Assembly (NCBI GenBank): GCA_964016885.1
Contig: OZ024742.1
Span: 33,604,001 to 33,668,000, forward strand
Direction of reading: 5' to 3'
DNA: 64,000 bases
From: Eledone cirrhosa
Taxonomy: Eukaryota
Notes under the pieces: model-generated
What the model was told of the DNA's origin: nothing
What the model saw: only the letters and a program-made list of their open reading frames with translations
The model's database searches: none
In this document: positions 31,331 through 47,790 of the stretch, one piece after another
Layout: each line of letters opens with the position of its first letter
Numbering within the stretch: the first letter of the stretch is position 1
Position numbers and translations under genes: made by a program

Positions 31331-32057
31331 GTTTTCTAACGGAATTCTCAAATTCGATAAGCATCAATAAGTTCATTTTTCAGACAAATCGTTCAATAAT
31401 TAAACAGGAAATCAAATTACACTAGCGTCGTTTTCATATCTTTCCCGGGAGCAAAAGCAGTACAAATATTAATAAGGACATAAGTGTCATTAACCAAAAG
31501 AAAAAAATAGTTATATCTGGACCGCCTTTTGACTACCTGTGTACCCAATCAAGGCTGACCGGCAAAGGACTAAATGACAACAATCACCACACTGTGTCCC
31601 CTGTCCAGGTATGTGTATCCCTACGTCCTGTCACCCTACTTCCTAGATGTTCTAAAGATGATATCATGATGGTGGATGATTGGCAGAATCAGTAGAGCGT
31701 CAGACAACAAGCTGTGAGACATAGAGTTACGCCCCCTTACATTCTGAGTTCAAATTTCACCGAGGTTAGCTTTGCCTTTCATCCTTACGGCGTCGATAAA
31801 ATAAAGCACCAGTAATACACTGGGGTTGATTTTATCAACTTTCCTCTCCCCACAAATTGTTGTCCTTGTGCCAAAATCAGAAACCATTATAAGAAAAATT
31901 ATTTATTTACGTCACGTAGTCATCTAAATTTTACTTTATGTTATCAATGATAAAGATGGCCAATGGTGAAATCTGATGACGCCAGGTAATGGGGGTGCTA
32001 AGTAACCGAACTTCTGTCAAAGGCATTAACAGAGTAAGTCAAATAGCGTCACAAACA

Positions 32058-32410
32058 TATGCCACTTGCAGCGACACTTTCTCCAGCCGCAACCTGGTGC
32101 CGTCTGTGACTAACACAGGTACTGCTGCACATCGGGCTGAGGAGGCCAACTCTCCAAGTACCGGTCGCTCTCCGACAGGTTCGCGGTCGTGCCCTTGGCA
32201 GTGGAGACTTCTGGTGTCCTTGGCCCTAGGGGTACCTCCCTATTCACCACCATAGGCGCTGAGCTGGCCAGACGCAGGTGTGAGCCTCGCGAGTTGGAAT
32301 GGCTCTTCCAGCGCATCTCCCTTACCATCCTCCGGAGAAACGCCTTCTCCATCCTGTCTGCCGGGGCTGTGGAGAGGCCAGCACGTGGGACCCCATTTGC
32401 TCACCATACG
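32058..32410 (+). mobile_element. CRE-clade non-LTR 3' end (RLE endonuclease C-terminus)
   Basis: ATCSDTFS...AAHRAEEA..KYRSLSDRFAVVPLAVETSGVLGPRG...WLFQRISLTILRRNAFSIL. Confidence 0.72.
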
Positions 32411-33650
32411 GATTAATAGGCAAAGTTATAAACTATTGTAAATAAAAGTCAAATAGCTACGAACAGAACTGGTTGTAAATTCAGTTCACCTGAAGACTAT
32501 ATACACTTTAGGCTGTGGTGCTTGCTATATATTGCAAAACGATATTTGAAGATCATCGTAAATTTGATTAGTTGAAATATTCTAAGGAGCAATAATAAAG
32601 GCCAGAATAATATGCGGAATATTAATTCTATTAATGCTTTAGGCAAACTGTTTGGAAACATGTGTAACTTTAAGAGTTAACTTTCTTAACGTTATTTGTC
32701 CGCTAAGAATCCAGACACTTTTAACTATTGTATGTTAAGACAGCGAGAAGAAAAGAACAACAACAAAACCACCACCAACACCACCACCACCACCACCACC
32801 ACCACTACAACCACCACCACCACCACCACCACCACCACCACAAATAACAGCCGCAACGACAAAACAAGACAAGAAGAGAACCACTTTTTATTGTCTGCTG
32901 AATTTTTTCATGAAGCCATAGTGCATAATAGGTCGTAAATCTGAGGCAAATGTAAGTTTATATTCATCTCAGTGTTTTTTCTTCCGTTGTATCGAAACGA
33001 ATGAAAGTAGGTCGCGAGAAGATGAAATTGAGAAAAAAAGTTGTATGAAAAAGAAATATGTAACAAAAAGCATTACATGTGGTACTCTACACTCAGCGAC
33101 ACGAAGTAATTCCTAAGAGCCAGTTGTTCATATACAGAATTATACGAATACTCAGTCGTTAATATATGGAATATCTGATCTACTCTCAACGACATCAGGT
33201 AATGCCTAATGGCAAGTTATTGATATACGGAATTATGCGAATGCTCAGTCGTTCATATACGGAATAGCTAACTACTCTACTTTCTACGACGTTGAATGAT
33301 GTACATTAACCAGTTCACATACGAATGTACTGGCAATATCGGTAGAGGGTCGGACGCCATGCTTTGACGCATAGAGTTACGGCCCTTTACGATCTGATTT
33401 CAAATCCCGCCGCGGTTAACTTTGCCTTTCATCCTTACGGGGTCGATAAAATAAAGTACCAGTAATGGCACTGGGTAATTGCTGGCCTTGTGCCAAAAGT
33501 TGAAACAATTATTTAAGATATGTAATTTGAAGGAAGTTCAGTTGTTATTTCCAACAGGTTGAGCATCCACGTAGAGAGTACACGCTGGCAGTTGTTCCAT
33601 TGTGTTAATCCCGGGACCTACAAAGGCCTCTGGTTCAGCAATGTCATATG

Positions 33651-34612
33651 TATATTGGGCTGAGTCAAATGTTTTTTTTCGGATTTTCACAGATGATTTT
33701 TGGCAGCTTGTATTTCCATGTTATATAATTAATCTGGTATTTTTGGTCCAATCGTTGCTAAATTGTTTATTCTTTATTTTTAAATATAACATAAATATTA
33801 ATTGTTTATTCTTTATTTTACAGCTTTGATAATGAGTGGTGAAAACATTGCAATTAGAACCATTTTATGCTACTCGTAGAAAAAAGGACTAGGTGTAAGT
33901 GTAGCGGCAATGATGTGGAAGACACAAGAACTGTCAACAAATGAATGGTACAAAACTGGTTCAGACATTTGAAGGAAGGTACATCAGCCTTTGAAGACAA
34001 ACCAGAATCAGGGAGAGTTTGTGTTGTCTTGATTGAAATAGTTGAACAACTGCTAATCACAAACACTTGTATATTGTCAGCAGAACTTGTTCCTTCACAA
34101 AGAACGATCAGTCGATATCTCCATAAACTCAGTCTTGCGAACATTCGCTGTCGAGCGGTTCCTCATGAACTGATTCATGACCAGGCTCAATAACGTGTGA
34201 ATATTTGAAAACAACTGCTGCAAAATTTTCGAGATACCATTTTTTGGCGTCGAATTGGGGATGAAAAATGAATCTATTTTCGTAATCCTATAAGAGAAAT
34301 TAATGGCTTCCTTTGACCTGTTTTCAAAGAAGGCTGGTTTTAATAGAAGGTCATGAGTGTTTGGCGAAATTTCGAGAGGGCGTTGCATTTTGAGCTTGTC
34401 TCAGATGGTCAGACTGTGAAGATTGACCTTTATAATCAACAACTGTAGCGAGTATATGATGCTTTGAAAGCTCGCTACCGGAAATTGGTCAATCGAAGAC
34501 CTGCACTTCTACAGTATGACAATGTCCCAACACTGCCAATGTGAGAGGCTGGAAGAGCTGTCTCAACCTGCCTACAGTCCAGACCTTGCAATATCAGATT
34601 ACCACCTTTATG
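33651..34612 (+). pseudogene. mariner transposase pseudogene with left TIR
   Basis: Starts TA-TTGGGCTGAGTCAAA (TIR-like). Motifs VQNWFRHLKEG..FEDKPESGR, VPHEL, GDEK.IYF, LLQYDN and YSPDLAISDYHL. Confidence 0.85.
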
Positions 34613-34634
34613 TGAAATATATATATATATAGTA

Positions 34635-35075
34635 AATAAGTGCGGAGGCATATCCCAGAAGATGGATATATCGCCATTTTCCATGATTGATAACATTTGT
34701 CAGAGGTTTGGATGTCATGAAAGCGACAGAGGAATCAGTGCTCATATTTGGCAATGTAGTTGTGTCTTTGTATATAATCAGTTTTTCCAGCTCTGGACAC
34801 CCGGAGATAACATGATCTACCGTTTCTTCATATTTGTAGCATATTCTGCATAGAGGGTTAGTCCTATCTTTCACAATTCTGTGTCTATAGACCCGAGTGT
34901 TTAGAGTTTGTCTTGTGCAGCAACTAAGAGTCCCTCAGTCTCTGCTTTCAAATCAGAACTACTGAGCCAGGATAGTGAGCCATGCTGATCGATTTCGTCA
35001 GAATGTCGTTCTGGGAATCTACCATATAATGGTTTTGCCTTCAATTCACGGTTTAGTTTCTCTATTTGGAGTGAC
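34635..35075 (-). mobile_element. R4/Dong-clade non-LTR fragment (CCHC knuckle region)
   Basis: SWLSSSDLKAETEGLLVAAQD...CRICYKYEETVDHVISGCPEL....RHN. Confidence 0.78.
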
Positions 35076-35920
35076 TGTTGTGTGTGTTGTCTGCTTTATA
35101 TCCTTAGCCTGTCCTCTGCAGTAACAGCTTAGCGGAGCATATAGAACAGGCTAAGAGATAGGTTATTATTACTGCCAAATATCCTTAAGGGGTCGAAAAA
35201 ATAAAGTACCAGTAATGCACTTGATGAATTTAATCGACTTTCCCCTTCGCTTCAAATTGCTGGTCCTGTACCTAAAGTAGAAACACATTATTATTGGCAA
35301 GGGCGGTGGTTTGGCAGTATCGGCAGAGGGTCGGACGCTATGCTTAGCAGCAAAGAGTTACGACCATTTATGATCTCAGTTCAAATCCCGCCAAGGTTAA
35401 CTTTGCCTTTCATCCTTACGGGGTCGATAAAATAAAGCACCAGTGCCAAAAGTAGAAACAATTATTATTATCATCATTATTGTCTCTAATTTGAAGATGT
35501 TTCGCATAACTGGGCAATCAAACCTGACCCGCCGACTTCATCCAAGAAATCTGTATTAGTCGCCATTTTAGATCTCCTTCCAAATTCCGTTCTTTATGTT
35601 TTCTTTCACTAACCTTTTTAATATGTAACGGCAGGGTTTATGATTGAAACAAAAAAAGGTTATATATAACTAAACCTTGTAGCAATATATCGCTTTATTA
35701 TTTTTATCACTTTTTATCGGATTATCGTAATTTTTTCATGTTTTCAAGTGCTTACTAATAGTTTCCGAGCGAAAGTGGGATATTTTTTTCTGGTCTATCA
35801 GTCTCACAACCTTAAGGAAAAAGAGAATTATTTATAGCGAGTTATAACGATGCACTCCCAAGTATGGTGGCTTGTGTGTCAGGTGTGATTGTCGCTGCAT
35901 TTTCTTTAGAACTGACTGAA

Positions 35921-36031
<111 letters not shown>

Positions 36032-36136
36032 CATACATATGCCCGCATATATGCATGTCCGTTTATGTATGGATACAGACACGCATGTGTATATATTTTC
36101 ATATGTAAATATACACACGGACACACACACACACAT

Positions 36137-36167
<31 letters not shown>

Positions 36168-36891
36168 AGCCTGTATATATGTATAGATGCACACACACAG
36201 ACGCACATTCACACACATACGATGTAAACTCTCAAGAAACAAATCAAAATAGGTTCATGTAATTTTGTTATATGTGATGGATAGAAGTGCACAGCATTAA
36301 ATATGCTGTTACATCTAAAGCTTACGAATCTTATAGAAAAAAAATATATGCATGCAACAAACATGAGATAACGCTATTAACCGCTTTCAATGTGAGTTTT
36401 TTTCTGCTAAGGTTTCTAATGAAAACAAATCTAGTTTTATATCTATCCTAAATTTCCAAATATACGCCATATTCTATCCTATAGAATTATTAACTATTTA
36501 TTTACGTCACCAAATGTATGTACATCATACAAATTAAAATGACCGATTTAGAAAGAATCATTTGAAAAATAAATAAATATAATGAAAGATTAACAAAAAA
36601 AAAAAACAACCACCAAAATATGACAATATCATGAAAACCATTTCATTTTGAAATACACACGCAAGTTTATTTTTAGTGTTAATAAAAACTGTATTATCTT
36701 GCCAAATTTAATACGAGTCTCGAAATAAATTCTACCCGTACAAATAATTATTTCACGATATTAAAACATTCTGAAACGAGTCAATATTCTATTTCTATTA
36801 TCCACAGCGGGCAATACAGCCATTATCTCCAAAACATTACATTTACTTCAGATATTTTCAAGTAAAAATAAACAAAATCCCGACCACGAAC

Positions 36892-36953
<62 letters not shown>

Positions 36954-37044
36954 ATATATATATACACACATAGTTAATCACACATACATTCACATGTATA
37001 TATATATATATATGTAGAAATGTCGTATGTAATTGTGTGTGTAT

Positions 37045-37078
<34 letters not shown>

Positions 37079-37645
37079 GTGTGTGTACGTGTGTGTGTAT
37101 ATAAAACATAATGACTACCTGAGGCTTATTATGAAGAAAATCTATCAATTTGAAAGAACTTAAAATGTCCTTTAATCGATCAAGCTGAATAATAAAATAG
37201 AAAAGACACCCCAGGTATATACTCCTTCGCTTACCCTCTCTCATATACATACCGGAGGGGTTCCTGCTAGAACACATTACTTACTCTCCAGGGATGCAAG
37301 TAGGACGTGGTATATATACATATATATATATATCATGTGTCTGCTTATGTATATGTTTTTGGTAAATATCATCTTGGTTAAGAGAGTGGGACTGGCTTTG
37401 TGTAGTGCCTTTGCTCACTATAAAAGCTTCACGGCACAGGCATTGCTTTATATCTGGAGATCTCTCTGCACTTGTCACATGGTACCATGGGCCCAGCACT
37501 GTGTCAATAATTGTCACAAGTGTAGAGTTTGTACCAGAGTTTTCAAGTCGCTGGCTGGACTAAAAAGTCACACTCGTTCAGCGCATCGGTAGGGGTTCTC
37601 CTACATGGATATAAAGTAGTGGCCGTACTCGAAAACGAGTTGGCA

Positions 37646-37692
<47 letters not shown>

Positions 37693-37796
37693 GTGTCTGC
37701 GCATGTGTGTGTGTGAATATATATATATATATATTATATATATATATGTATGTATGTATATATATATATATGTATGTATATATATATATGTATGTA

Positions 37797-37883
<87 letters not shown>

Positions 37884-37944
37884 ATATATATATGTATGTA
37901 TATATATATATATATATATAATTATATATATATATATATATATA

Positions 37945-38024
<80 letters not shown>

Positions 38025-38068
38025 CATATATATATATATATATATATGTATGTATATATATATATAAA

Positions 38069-38178
<110 letters not shown>

Positions 38179-38222
38179 ATATATATATATAATATATATA
38201 TATTTGAGTGTATATAAGTATG

Positions 38223-38300
<78 letters not shown>

Positions 38301-38471
38301 CATGTATGATTCAGTATATGTTCCTTTGAAGTTAATACCATAGTTACAAAGATATAAACGCTCAGATTATCAATTAAATATTTCTTCCACACACACTCGT
38401 ATGCACAAATACACAAATGCATATAAACACATACATGTGTACATACAAGCATACTGAGGCCTATCACACAC

Positions 38472-38527
<56 letters not shown>

Positions 38528-38700
38528 CTCGCACACATGTGTAATATATAGACCTATCTATATTCCTATATAACAGCATAAGAAATAAAGACACACTTTC
38601 TATTATTCGTTTCTCCCTCATGAAGAAAACGATATTTACTGTTTACACGCACACGCACACGCACACGCACACACACACGCACACGCCCCCCCACACACAT

Positions 38701-38740
<40 letters not shown>

Positions 38741-39152
38741 GAAAGGTTGGTAAACTCGAAGGTTCGGCTGTAGCGAAGCCAACGAGATACAACGAGGAAT
38801 GTACTGCCAAGCACTCGACGAGGAGTCTCAGAGTAATAACTGTTTCTACTTTTGGCACAAGGCCAGCAACTATCCCAGTGCATTACTGGTACTTTATTTT
38901 ATCGACCCCTGTAAGGATGAAAGGCAAAGTGAACCTCGGCGGGATTTGAACTTACACCATAAAGGGGCATAACTCTACGCTGCAAAGCATGGCGTCCGAC
39001 CTTCTACTGATACTGCCAATCCACCGCCTAGTGTCAGAGTAGTAACATTCGTTAGACGGCATGACAAATTGAAAGCTGTGGCAGGCAGACGCAGCCACGA
39101 CACCGAAGCAACGAGAAAACCAACAGGTTATATATATATAGATGTAGTTCTA

Positions 39153-39337
39153 CAACAGTGAATACACCATTTCCGAGGCAAGTCACATTATATCGAGTTG
39201 CCTACCCTTTGAGAATATCTTATGCGCATGCTTATTTGCGTCACCCTTTTTCTTTTCCGTGTTATCACATTTCAACCGAGCTGATGATCCGTTTGAGGTG
39301 AAACAAATTGTTCTCGGAAATGGTGTATTAACTGTTG
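39153..39337. mobile_element. Putative 185-bp MITE with 25-bp inverted termini
   Basis: CAACAGTGAATACACCATTTCCGAG ... CTCGGAAATGGTGTATTAACTGTTG (1 mismatch); no clear TSD. Confidence 0.5.
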
Positions 39338-39418
39338 CGGAAATGTTTCTACCAAACTCGTTCCATGGACTAAGTGATGTACTACTGCAGATAAACCCCA
39401 CCAGTGTTCTACCACTAT

Positions 39419-39560
<142 letters not shown>

Positions 39561-39570
39561 GCACACACAC

Positions 39571-39623
<53 letters not shown>

Positions 39624-39739
39624 CACAAGATGGCCGACTGAATACGCACGTGTGTTCTTTTCTCCCAATTTTGTTTTCTCACTTTTCTCGTTCCTTCCTT
39701 TCATCACTCTTTAGTTCCTATTTATCTTTTATTTTTAAC

Positions 39740-39775
39740 TCTTCTGATGAAGTACTAGTTTCCGAAACGTTAAGA
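39740..39775 (+). ncRNA. Minimal hammerhead motif (no loop III; dimer type)
   Basis: TCTT-CTGATGA-AGTACTAGTTTCC-GAAAC-GTT-AAGA; palindromic AACGTT; stem II weak. Confidence 0.6.
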
Positions 39776-40099
39776 CTCTCTTCCTGGTATTTCAAGCATT
39801 AAACTAATATATTTCTTCCATATACTGTGCCGTTTGTTTCGTTAATTTTGTTATTCCTATTTACTCCCCCCCCCCCACATTTATATATAGTTAGAATAGT
39901 TGATAACACAACCATATAAAGGCAAATAATAATTCAAAGCTGAAATGTAATTTTATTGTCACCAGCAAGACAGGAATGAGACAGTTCGGAGTATAATCCA
40001 ATGAGTAAATTTTCAATCTCAGGCGTTCAACAATACCACAGTGCATATATAAAATAAATAAAAAACAACCAGGATTGTATTACATTAAATTATTTAATT

Positions 40100-40166
40100 G
40101 ATTTACGAACGTTTCAATCAATACCACAGGAAACTACATTTCCGCTGTATTGATTTCTTCAGAATC
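40100..40166 (-). ncRNA. Type I hammerhead ribozyme in a diverged fold-back (40078-40157 / 40287-40366)
   Basis: Minus strand: GATT-CTGAAGA-AATCAATAC...GTATTGATT-GAAAC-GTTC-GTA-AATC. Confidence 0.8.
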
Positions 40167-40371
40167 TATGAAACAGCATAAATAATATAATTATTTACTA
40201 AACACATATCCGACTATAATTATTAACCAAACATATGTCCAAATATCTCAATTCCGAAAACGTAAACAAATTTAAAATACAGTTGGGAAATCAATACAGT
40301 AGAAATGTATTTTCCTGCTGTATTGATTGAAACGTTCGAAAATCAATTCAATGATTTAATGTAATATAGAC

Positions 40372-42255
40372 AGCGCGGTGTTGATGGTATTCCCGCTGAG
40401 GTGTACAAGTATGGCGGTCGCTCACTCCTTGAGAAGCTTACAGACCTGTTTGTACAGTACTGATTAAAGGGAGAGATACCAAGGGACCTCCGGAATGCCC
40501 TGATAATGTCCCTGTACAAGACCAAAGGCTAAACATCTGACTGCTGAAAATACCATGGCATCACGTCACTCGCAATTGCAGGCAAAATTATAGCTCATGT
40601 TCTGTTCAATAGAGTCCTCCCAGCCATTGCAGATGATGTCCTCCCTGAAAGCCAATGTGGATTCTGTGCCAACAGCGGCACCATAGACATGATTTTTGTC
40701 CTTCTCCATTTGATACAGTCAGTAGGGATGGATTGTGGAAGATCCTCACCAGACTTGGATGTCCGCCAAAATTCTTGATCATGCTCCAGCAACTCCACAC
40801 AGGACAGCAGAGGCAGCTGAAGCACAATGATGGTCTCTCCACTCAATTTCCCATCGAGAATGGCATGAAACAAGGCTGTGTCCTTGCCCCAACCCTGTTT
40901 GCAATCTTCTTCAGTATGGTGATCTGCAATGCAAAGAAAGATCTGTGGGTGGGTATTTCCATCCGGTTCCGTACTGACGACTGCTCGCATGCACCAAAAC
41001 ACTGGAGCGGTTGATCATGGACCTGTGGTTCGCAGACGATTGTGCGCTTCTGGCACATACGGAGGAAGATCTCCAGGTAGCCGTGAGCAGCTTTTCTCGG
41101 GCAGCCAAGGCCTTTGGATGATCATTAGCCTAAAGAAAAAAAACTGAAGTCATGTCCCAGAAGCCAGCAAATGAAAAGTACCACCCCCTCAGTGCAATGG
41201 GGCACTTCATATACTTGGGAAGCGTCATTACAAACGACGTTACCTCAGCAAAAGGCATTGACAACCGCATTGCCAAGGCCAGCAGCTCATTCGGACGTTT
41301 GCAGAAACGCCTGTGGCAGAACTACTCCTTACACATTCACCATAAAGATCAGAGTCAACAGAGCTGTTGTAATCATTACCCCCCTCAACGGAGTTGAAAG
41401 CTTGGTGATGTACCGCAAGCAGATCAAGCTACTGGAAAGATTCAACCAGCGATGCCTTCGCTCCATCATGAGCATCTGTTGGCAGGACTATGTAACAAAT
41501 GAGGAAGTTCTCAAGCGGGCTGATATCACAAGCATTGAGAGCATGCTGATTCTGAGACATGAAGGCACATGGCTTAGTGGTTAGAGCATTGGGCTTGCAA
41601 TCGAAAGACCGGGTGATGTGTTGTTTCCTTGAGCAAGACACTTTGTTTCAAGTTGCTCCAGTTTACTCAGCTGTAGAAATGAGATGATAGGTTTGGGGTC
41701 CCTATCATTAAAGCACCCAAGACGCCTCCAACGAGATATACCTTGGAGGAGGCCAGCTAAAGCTGCATAGGTGTGAGCTGTCACAAGAGAAAAGAAGAGA
41801 GAGATGCTGAGACAACTCCACTGGGCAGGTCATGTCTCACGCATGAATGACTCTAGTATGTCAAAGGCAGTTTTCTACGGCGAACTACGTCAGGGCAAGT
41901 GAAACCACGCCCCCCCCCCCCTCACGAAAACGCTTCTAAGACCAACTGAAGCGCCAGCGCGTCCAAGGCGATATTGATCACAGGGAATGGAAACACCTGG
42001 CAGAAGACAGAGAAAAATGGAGAGTGACCATCGAAACAGCTGCAACCAGCTTTGAGGAGGATAGGAAGACAAACATCAAAGAAGAAAGTTGTCCGCCACC
42101 GAACCACCTAATGACCAAGTACATACTTACCCCAACTGTATCAGACCATGGGGGTCCAAAATTGGCCTCTACAGCCACCTCTGGGCGTGCTGCTGCCCAG
42201 AACAGGATAACAATTCTTCCCACTGATCTCCGCAAGTGAAGAATTCGCCACTAAT
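40372..42255 (+). mobile_element. Degenerate RTE-clade (BovB-like) LINE, RT and 3' end, interrupted by a SINE
   Basis: DGIPAEVYKYGG, ESQCGF, FDTVSRDGLWKIL..LGCPPKF, GMKQGCVLAPTLF, FADDCAL, FIYLGS, LERFNQRCLRSI, WAGHVSRM; many frameshifts. Confidence 0.88.
41558..41803 (+). mobile_element. tRNA-derived SINE family B nested in RTE
   Basis: TGAAGGCACATGGCTTAGTGGTTAG...TCCTTGAGCAAGACACTTTG...CTCCAGTTTACTCAGCTG; the RTE reading resumes after ~41805. Confidence 0.8.
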
Positions 42256-42560
42256 TCATGTGTGAATGAGTATCTCTACATATGTTGGCGCCAGTACCTC
42301 TGTGTACGTGTTGGTGCTGTAACACATCCTACCAGTACATAATAAGCATTGCTCGTGATATATTGCTATTGTTAAAAGAGCCAGCAACAAATGATATATA
42401 TATATACATATATATATATATGTGTATGTGTGTATATAATATATATATGTATATATATATTTATTTACGTATGTATAAATGTCTATATATATATATATAT
42501 ACGTATATATATACGTAAATATATATATATATACGTATATATATATATATGTATATATAT

Positions 42561-42708
<148 letters not shown>

Positions 42709-42710
42709 AT

Positions 42711-42866
<156 letters not shown>

Positions 42867-43118
42867 CACAACATTCAACAAATAAATATATCAAAGATGA
42901 ACCAGAGAAACCTGTCAAATGAATGGGGAATATTTCGAGAAAAGAACAACAACAACAAAAGGAAAACAAGGAAACAATAACAAATACAGGAATATTTTAG
43001 CAAAATAATAGAAAACATAGAATGGAAATGTAATAAGTATAAAGTCAAATAGAGGCAATTCTACTAAACTGAAAGATATATCTACTAATGATGTTCGTTA
43101 TGTTAATAGCGCTAAATA

Positions 43119-43120
<2 letters not shown>

Positions 43121-43149
<29 letters not shown>

Positions 43150-44170
43150 CTTCTTCTTCTCCTCCTCCTCCTCCTTCTTCTTCTTCTTCTTCTTCTTCTT
43201 CTTCTCCTCCTCCTCCTCCTCCTCCTCCTCCTCCTCCTCCTCCTTCTTCTTCTTCTTCTCCTCCTCCTCCTCCTCCTCCTCCTCCTCCTCCTTCTTCTTC
43301 TTCTTCTTCTTCTTCTTCTTCTTCTTCTTCTTCTTCTTCTTCTTCTTCTTCTTCTTCTTCTTCTTTAGCGGAATGTCATGCGGCAGAGTCCTCAAGCACG
43401 CGTCCCAGCGGGTTCTGTGAGAATCTCACAATTCGGCGAAGTAGTGGCACTACCTGGAACGGCCCTCTATCTCCGAGCTACGTACTCTATACAGCAACGT
43501 TACTCCAATGACACTTGGGAGGATCATATTCTTTCGGTTATTACCCAACATTCATGACCATAGATAAGGGTTGCCACGGATACCGAATGCTGAAGCTGGT
43601 GCATTACTGCATCAGCTCTTGTAATCCTTGCACATAATTCAGCCTCCTACCATCCACCACTAGCGAACACGGCCCGAGATACTTGAACTTCTCCACCTGC
43701 TTCAGTGGAATTCCACACACGTTTAGAATGCACTGCGTAGGCTTTGTTACGAGGACGAGTGTCTCAGTCTTTGCAGCACTGATTTTCATTCCTGCCGTGC
43801 ACTACTCAGCAGCAAACCTACCAAGTGCACGTCGGAAATCACCTACTGACTGACTAGTTAAGTAATACCATGTCGTACGCAAATTCCAGCCGACTGATCT
43901 CATACCGACCAATCTTGATACCACTTCCAGCTCGGCTGCGCACGCCAACCCTGTCCATGGAGATTATGAACAGGTGAGTTGACAGTACGCACTCTTGGTG
44001 GAGTCCGACACCCATATTGATTTGATTAGTTTTGACTTAACACCATTTATCCGAACAGAAATATCAAGGTATTCATATAGAGACATCAGAGCAACAAGAA
44101 GCTGTCTGTCGATTCCATACTCCTGCAGAACCTTTCACAACAGCCATATACCTTTCCAAAGTCTACAAGA
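43121..44170 (-). mobile_element. Degenerate RTE-group LINE fragment with (AAG/GAG)n tail
   Basis: Minus strand: VGLHQECVLS.HLFII.MD, EFAYD, MKISAAKTE, LKQVEKFKYLG; tail at 43121-43365. Confidence 0.72.
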
Positions 44171-45422
44171 CTAGAATACACTTGAAAAGGAAATTCTGGA
44201 CGGAGGGGAAAGTGTTGGCTTCCTGCAAGTATGTTGAAAGGTGGATGAGTATGAGCCTGGAAATTGGAGGGAGCACTTGAACTAGCGGTCAGTGTGATGG
44301 AGTGGGGGATCTACAGAATGTTCCTTCTGTTTCTGTGAAGCCCAGCTTCTCAAGATTTGTTAGACCGTCGGGAGAAATGCTTTGAAATATTTCTTCTGGT
44401 TCTTTACGGTCTGAGTTCAAGTTCCATTGCGGTCGAATTTGCTTTTCATCCTCCTCTGGTCGATAAATTAAACAATTAGCCAAGTACAGGGGTCACTACA
44501 ATTGAGTTTTCCTTCCTCCAAATTGCTAGCAAAATGGCGATAATGATAACGATGATGTTTCTGTTAATGCTGGGTTCACTTCACTGATTCCCAACATTTT
44601 GTCTCCCAAGTGTCTTTTAGATTTAAATGAATCTCCCCACCAGACCACCTTCCCGCTAGAATTATTCAATTTCCAAAAGTTCTACAGTAATGGCACTTAA
44701 AAGTTTACCATTCTGGCTGAGATTCTCAGTGAATCAAAAAACAGTGAATCAAAGGGTTACAAATAAGTGTCCTGTTATTGTTGTTGTTAGTGGTGGTGTA
44801 GTTAGTGTTGATCGTGAAACTTATACACATACACAGGGTCAGAACACAAAAAATACAAACTCTCATTGTCACTGCCTCCGTCCCTCCTGCTCTCCCTATC
44901 TCTCACTATTATGAGCAAATGGGGGACCACGCAACATGATGGTGAAGGCGTTTCCCAGAGGATGGTGAGGGAGACGCACTGGAAGAGCCATTCCAACTCG
45001 AGAGGCTCACATCTGCGGGTAGCCAACTCTGTGCAGATGGTGGTGAGTAGGGAGGTGGCCCTAGCGAGAATAAAAACAAAAAAGGGAAAACTGGTTAAAT
45101 CCAGAATAGAATGGATACCCAATAGTGTGTATATATGACTATATATAAGAGCGTGGAATTGCAACCTTAGCTCACGGACCTCGAGGGATCTGTGAACACA
45201 AGGAACCGCTAGTTTAGATGGTTTTATGAATAATCGTATACGTTGTTAGTGCTAATGATAGTGATAAGGTTGTTTGGTAAGTTTATAAGGACAGATTGAT
45301 GGTGATGATATCAATGATGTAAATAGCGATGGTAATAGTGATGATATTAATGATGTAAATAGCGACGATAATGGTGATGGTATTATTTCTGTTAATGGAG
45401 GTTTTAGATGTTTTTATGAATA

Positions 45423-46765
<1,343 letters not shown>

Positions 46766-46865
46766 AACGGCTGTTGGTGTTGATGATAGTGGCAGTGTAG
46801 TTTGGTATTGTAGACTAGGGTACAGGGACAGGTGGTGAAGATATTGATGATGTTGATGGTAATGA

Positions 46866-47097
46866 TGCTGCTACTGCTGCTACTGCTGCTACTACTGTTG
46901 CTGCTGCTGTTACTGCTGCTACTGCTGCTACTACTGCTACTGCTGCTACTGTTGCTGCTGCTGTTACTGCTGTTACTGCTGTTACTGCTGCTACTACTGC
47001 TACTGCTGCTACTGCTGCTACTGCTGCTACTGTTGCTGCTGTTGTTGTTGCTGCTGTTGCTGCTGCTGCTGATGATGATGATGACGATGATGATGAT
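46866..47097. repeat. (CTG/CTA/TTG)n trinucleotide repeat
   Basis: Directly visible; the poly-L ORF is an artefact. Similar array at 63900-64000. Confidence 0.95.
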
Positions 47098-47790
47098 CAG
47101 GTTGATATCGTTTTTATCTCTATTTATGTCATTTGTTTGGATATTTATTTAGCTTGTGGTAATTAGCTCCCTTTGTTGTCCAACAGACAATCTGTCTTCA
47201 AGCATTGCATTTACGTTACTGCCTTAACCGTATACACCAGTAGTATGTATGTATGTATGTATGTATGTATGTATGTATGTATGTATGTATGTATGTATGT
47301 ATGTATGTATGTATGTATGTATGTATGTATGTACGTATGAATGTATGAATGTATGTATATATGTACGTATGTATGTATGTATGTATGTATGTATGTATGT
47401 ATGTATGTATGTATGTATGTATGTATGTATGTACGTATGAATGTATGTATGTATGTATGTATGTACGTATGTATGTATGTATGTATGTATGTATGTATGT
47501 ATGTATGTACGTATGAATGTATGTATGTATGTAAGTATGTATGTATGTATGTATGCATACATGCATGCATGTATGTATGTATGTATGTATGTATGTATGT
47601 ATGTACGTATGTATGTACGTATGAATGTATGAATGTATGTATATATGTACGTATGTATGTAAGTATGTATGTATGAATGTATGTATGTAAGTATGTATGT
47701 ATGTATGTATGTATGTATGTATGTATGTATGTATGTATGTATGTATGTATGCATGCATGCATGCATGTATGTATGTATGTATGTATGTAT

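Noticed and set aside
32485-32552. Additional hammerhead-like CTGAAGA...AAAAC motif (also CCGATGA...GAAAC at 21787-21812)
   Set aside because: Core or stems too degenerate to support by eye.
37335-37592. C2H2 zinc-finger host gene
   Set aside because: A single finger inside a multi-copy retroelement 3' end.
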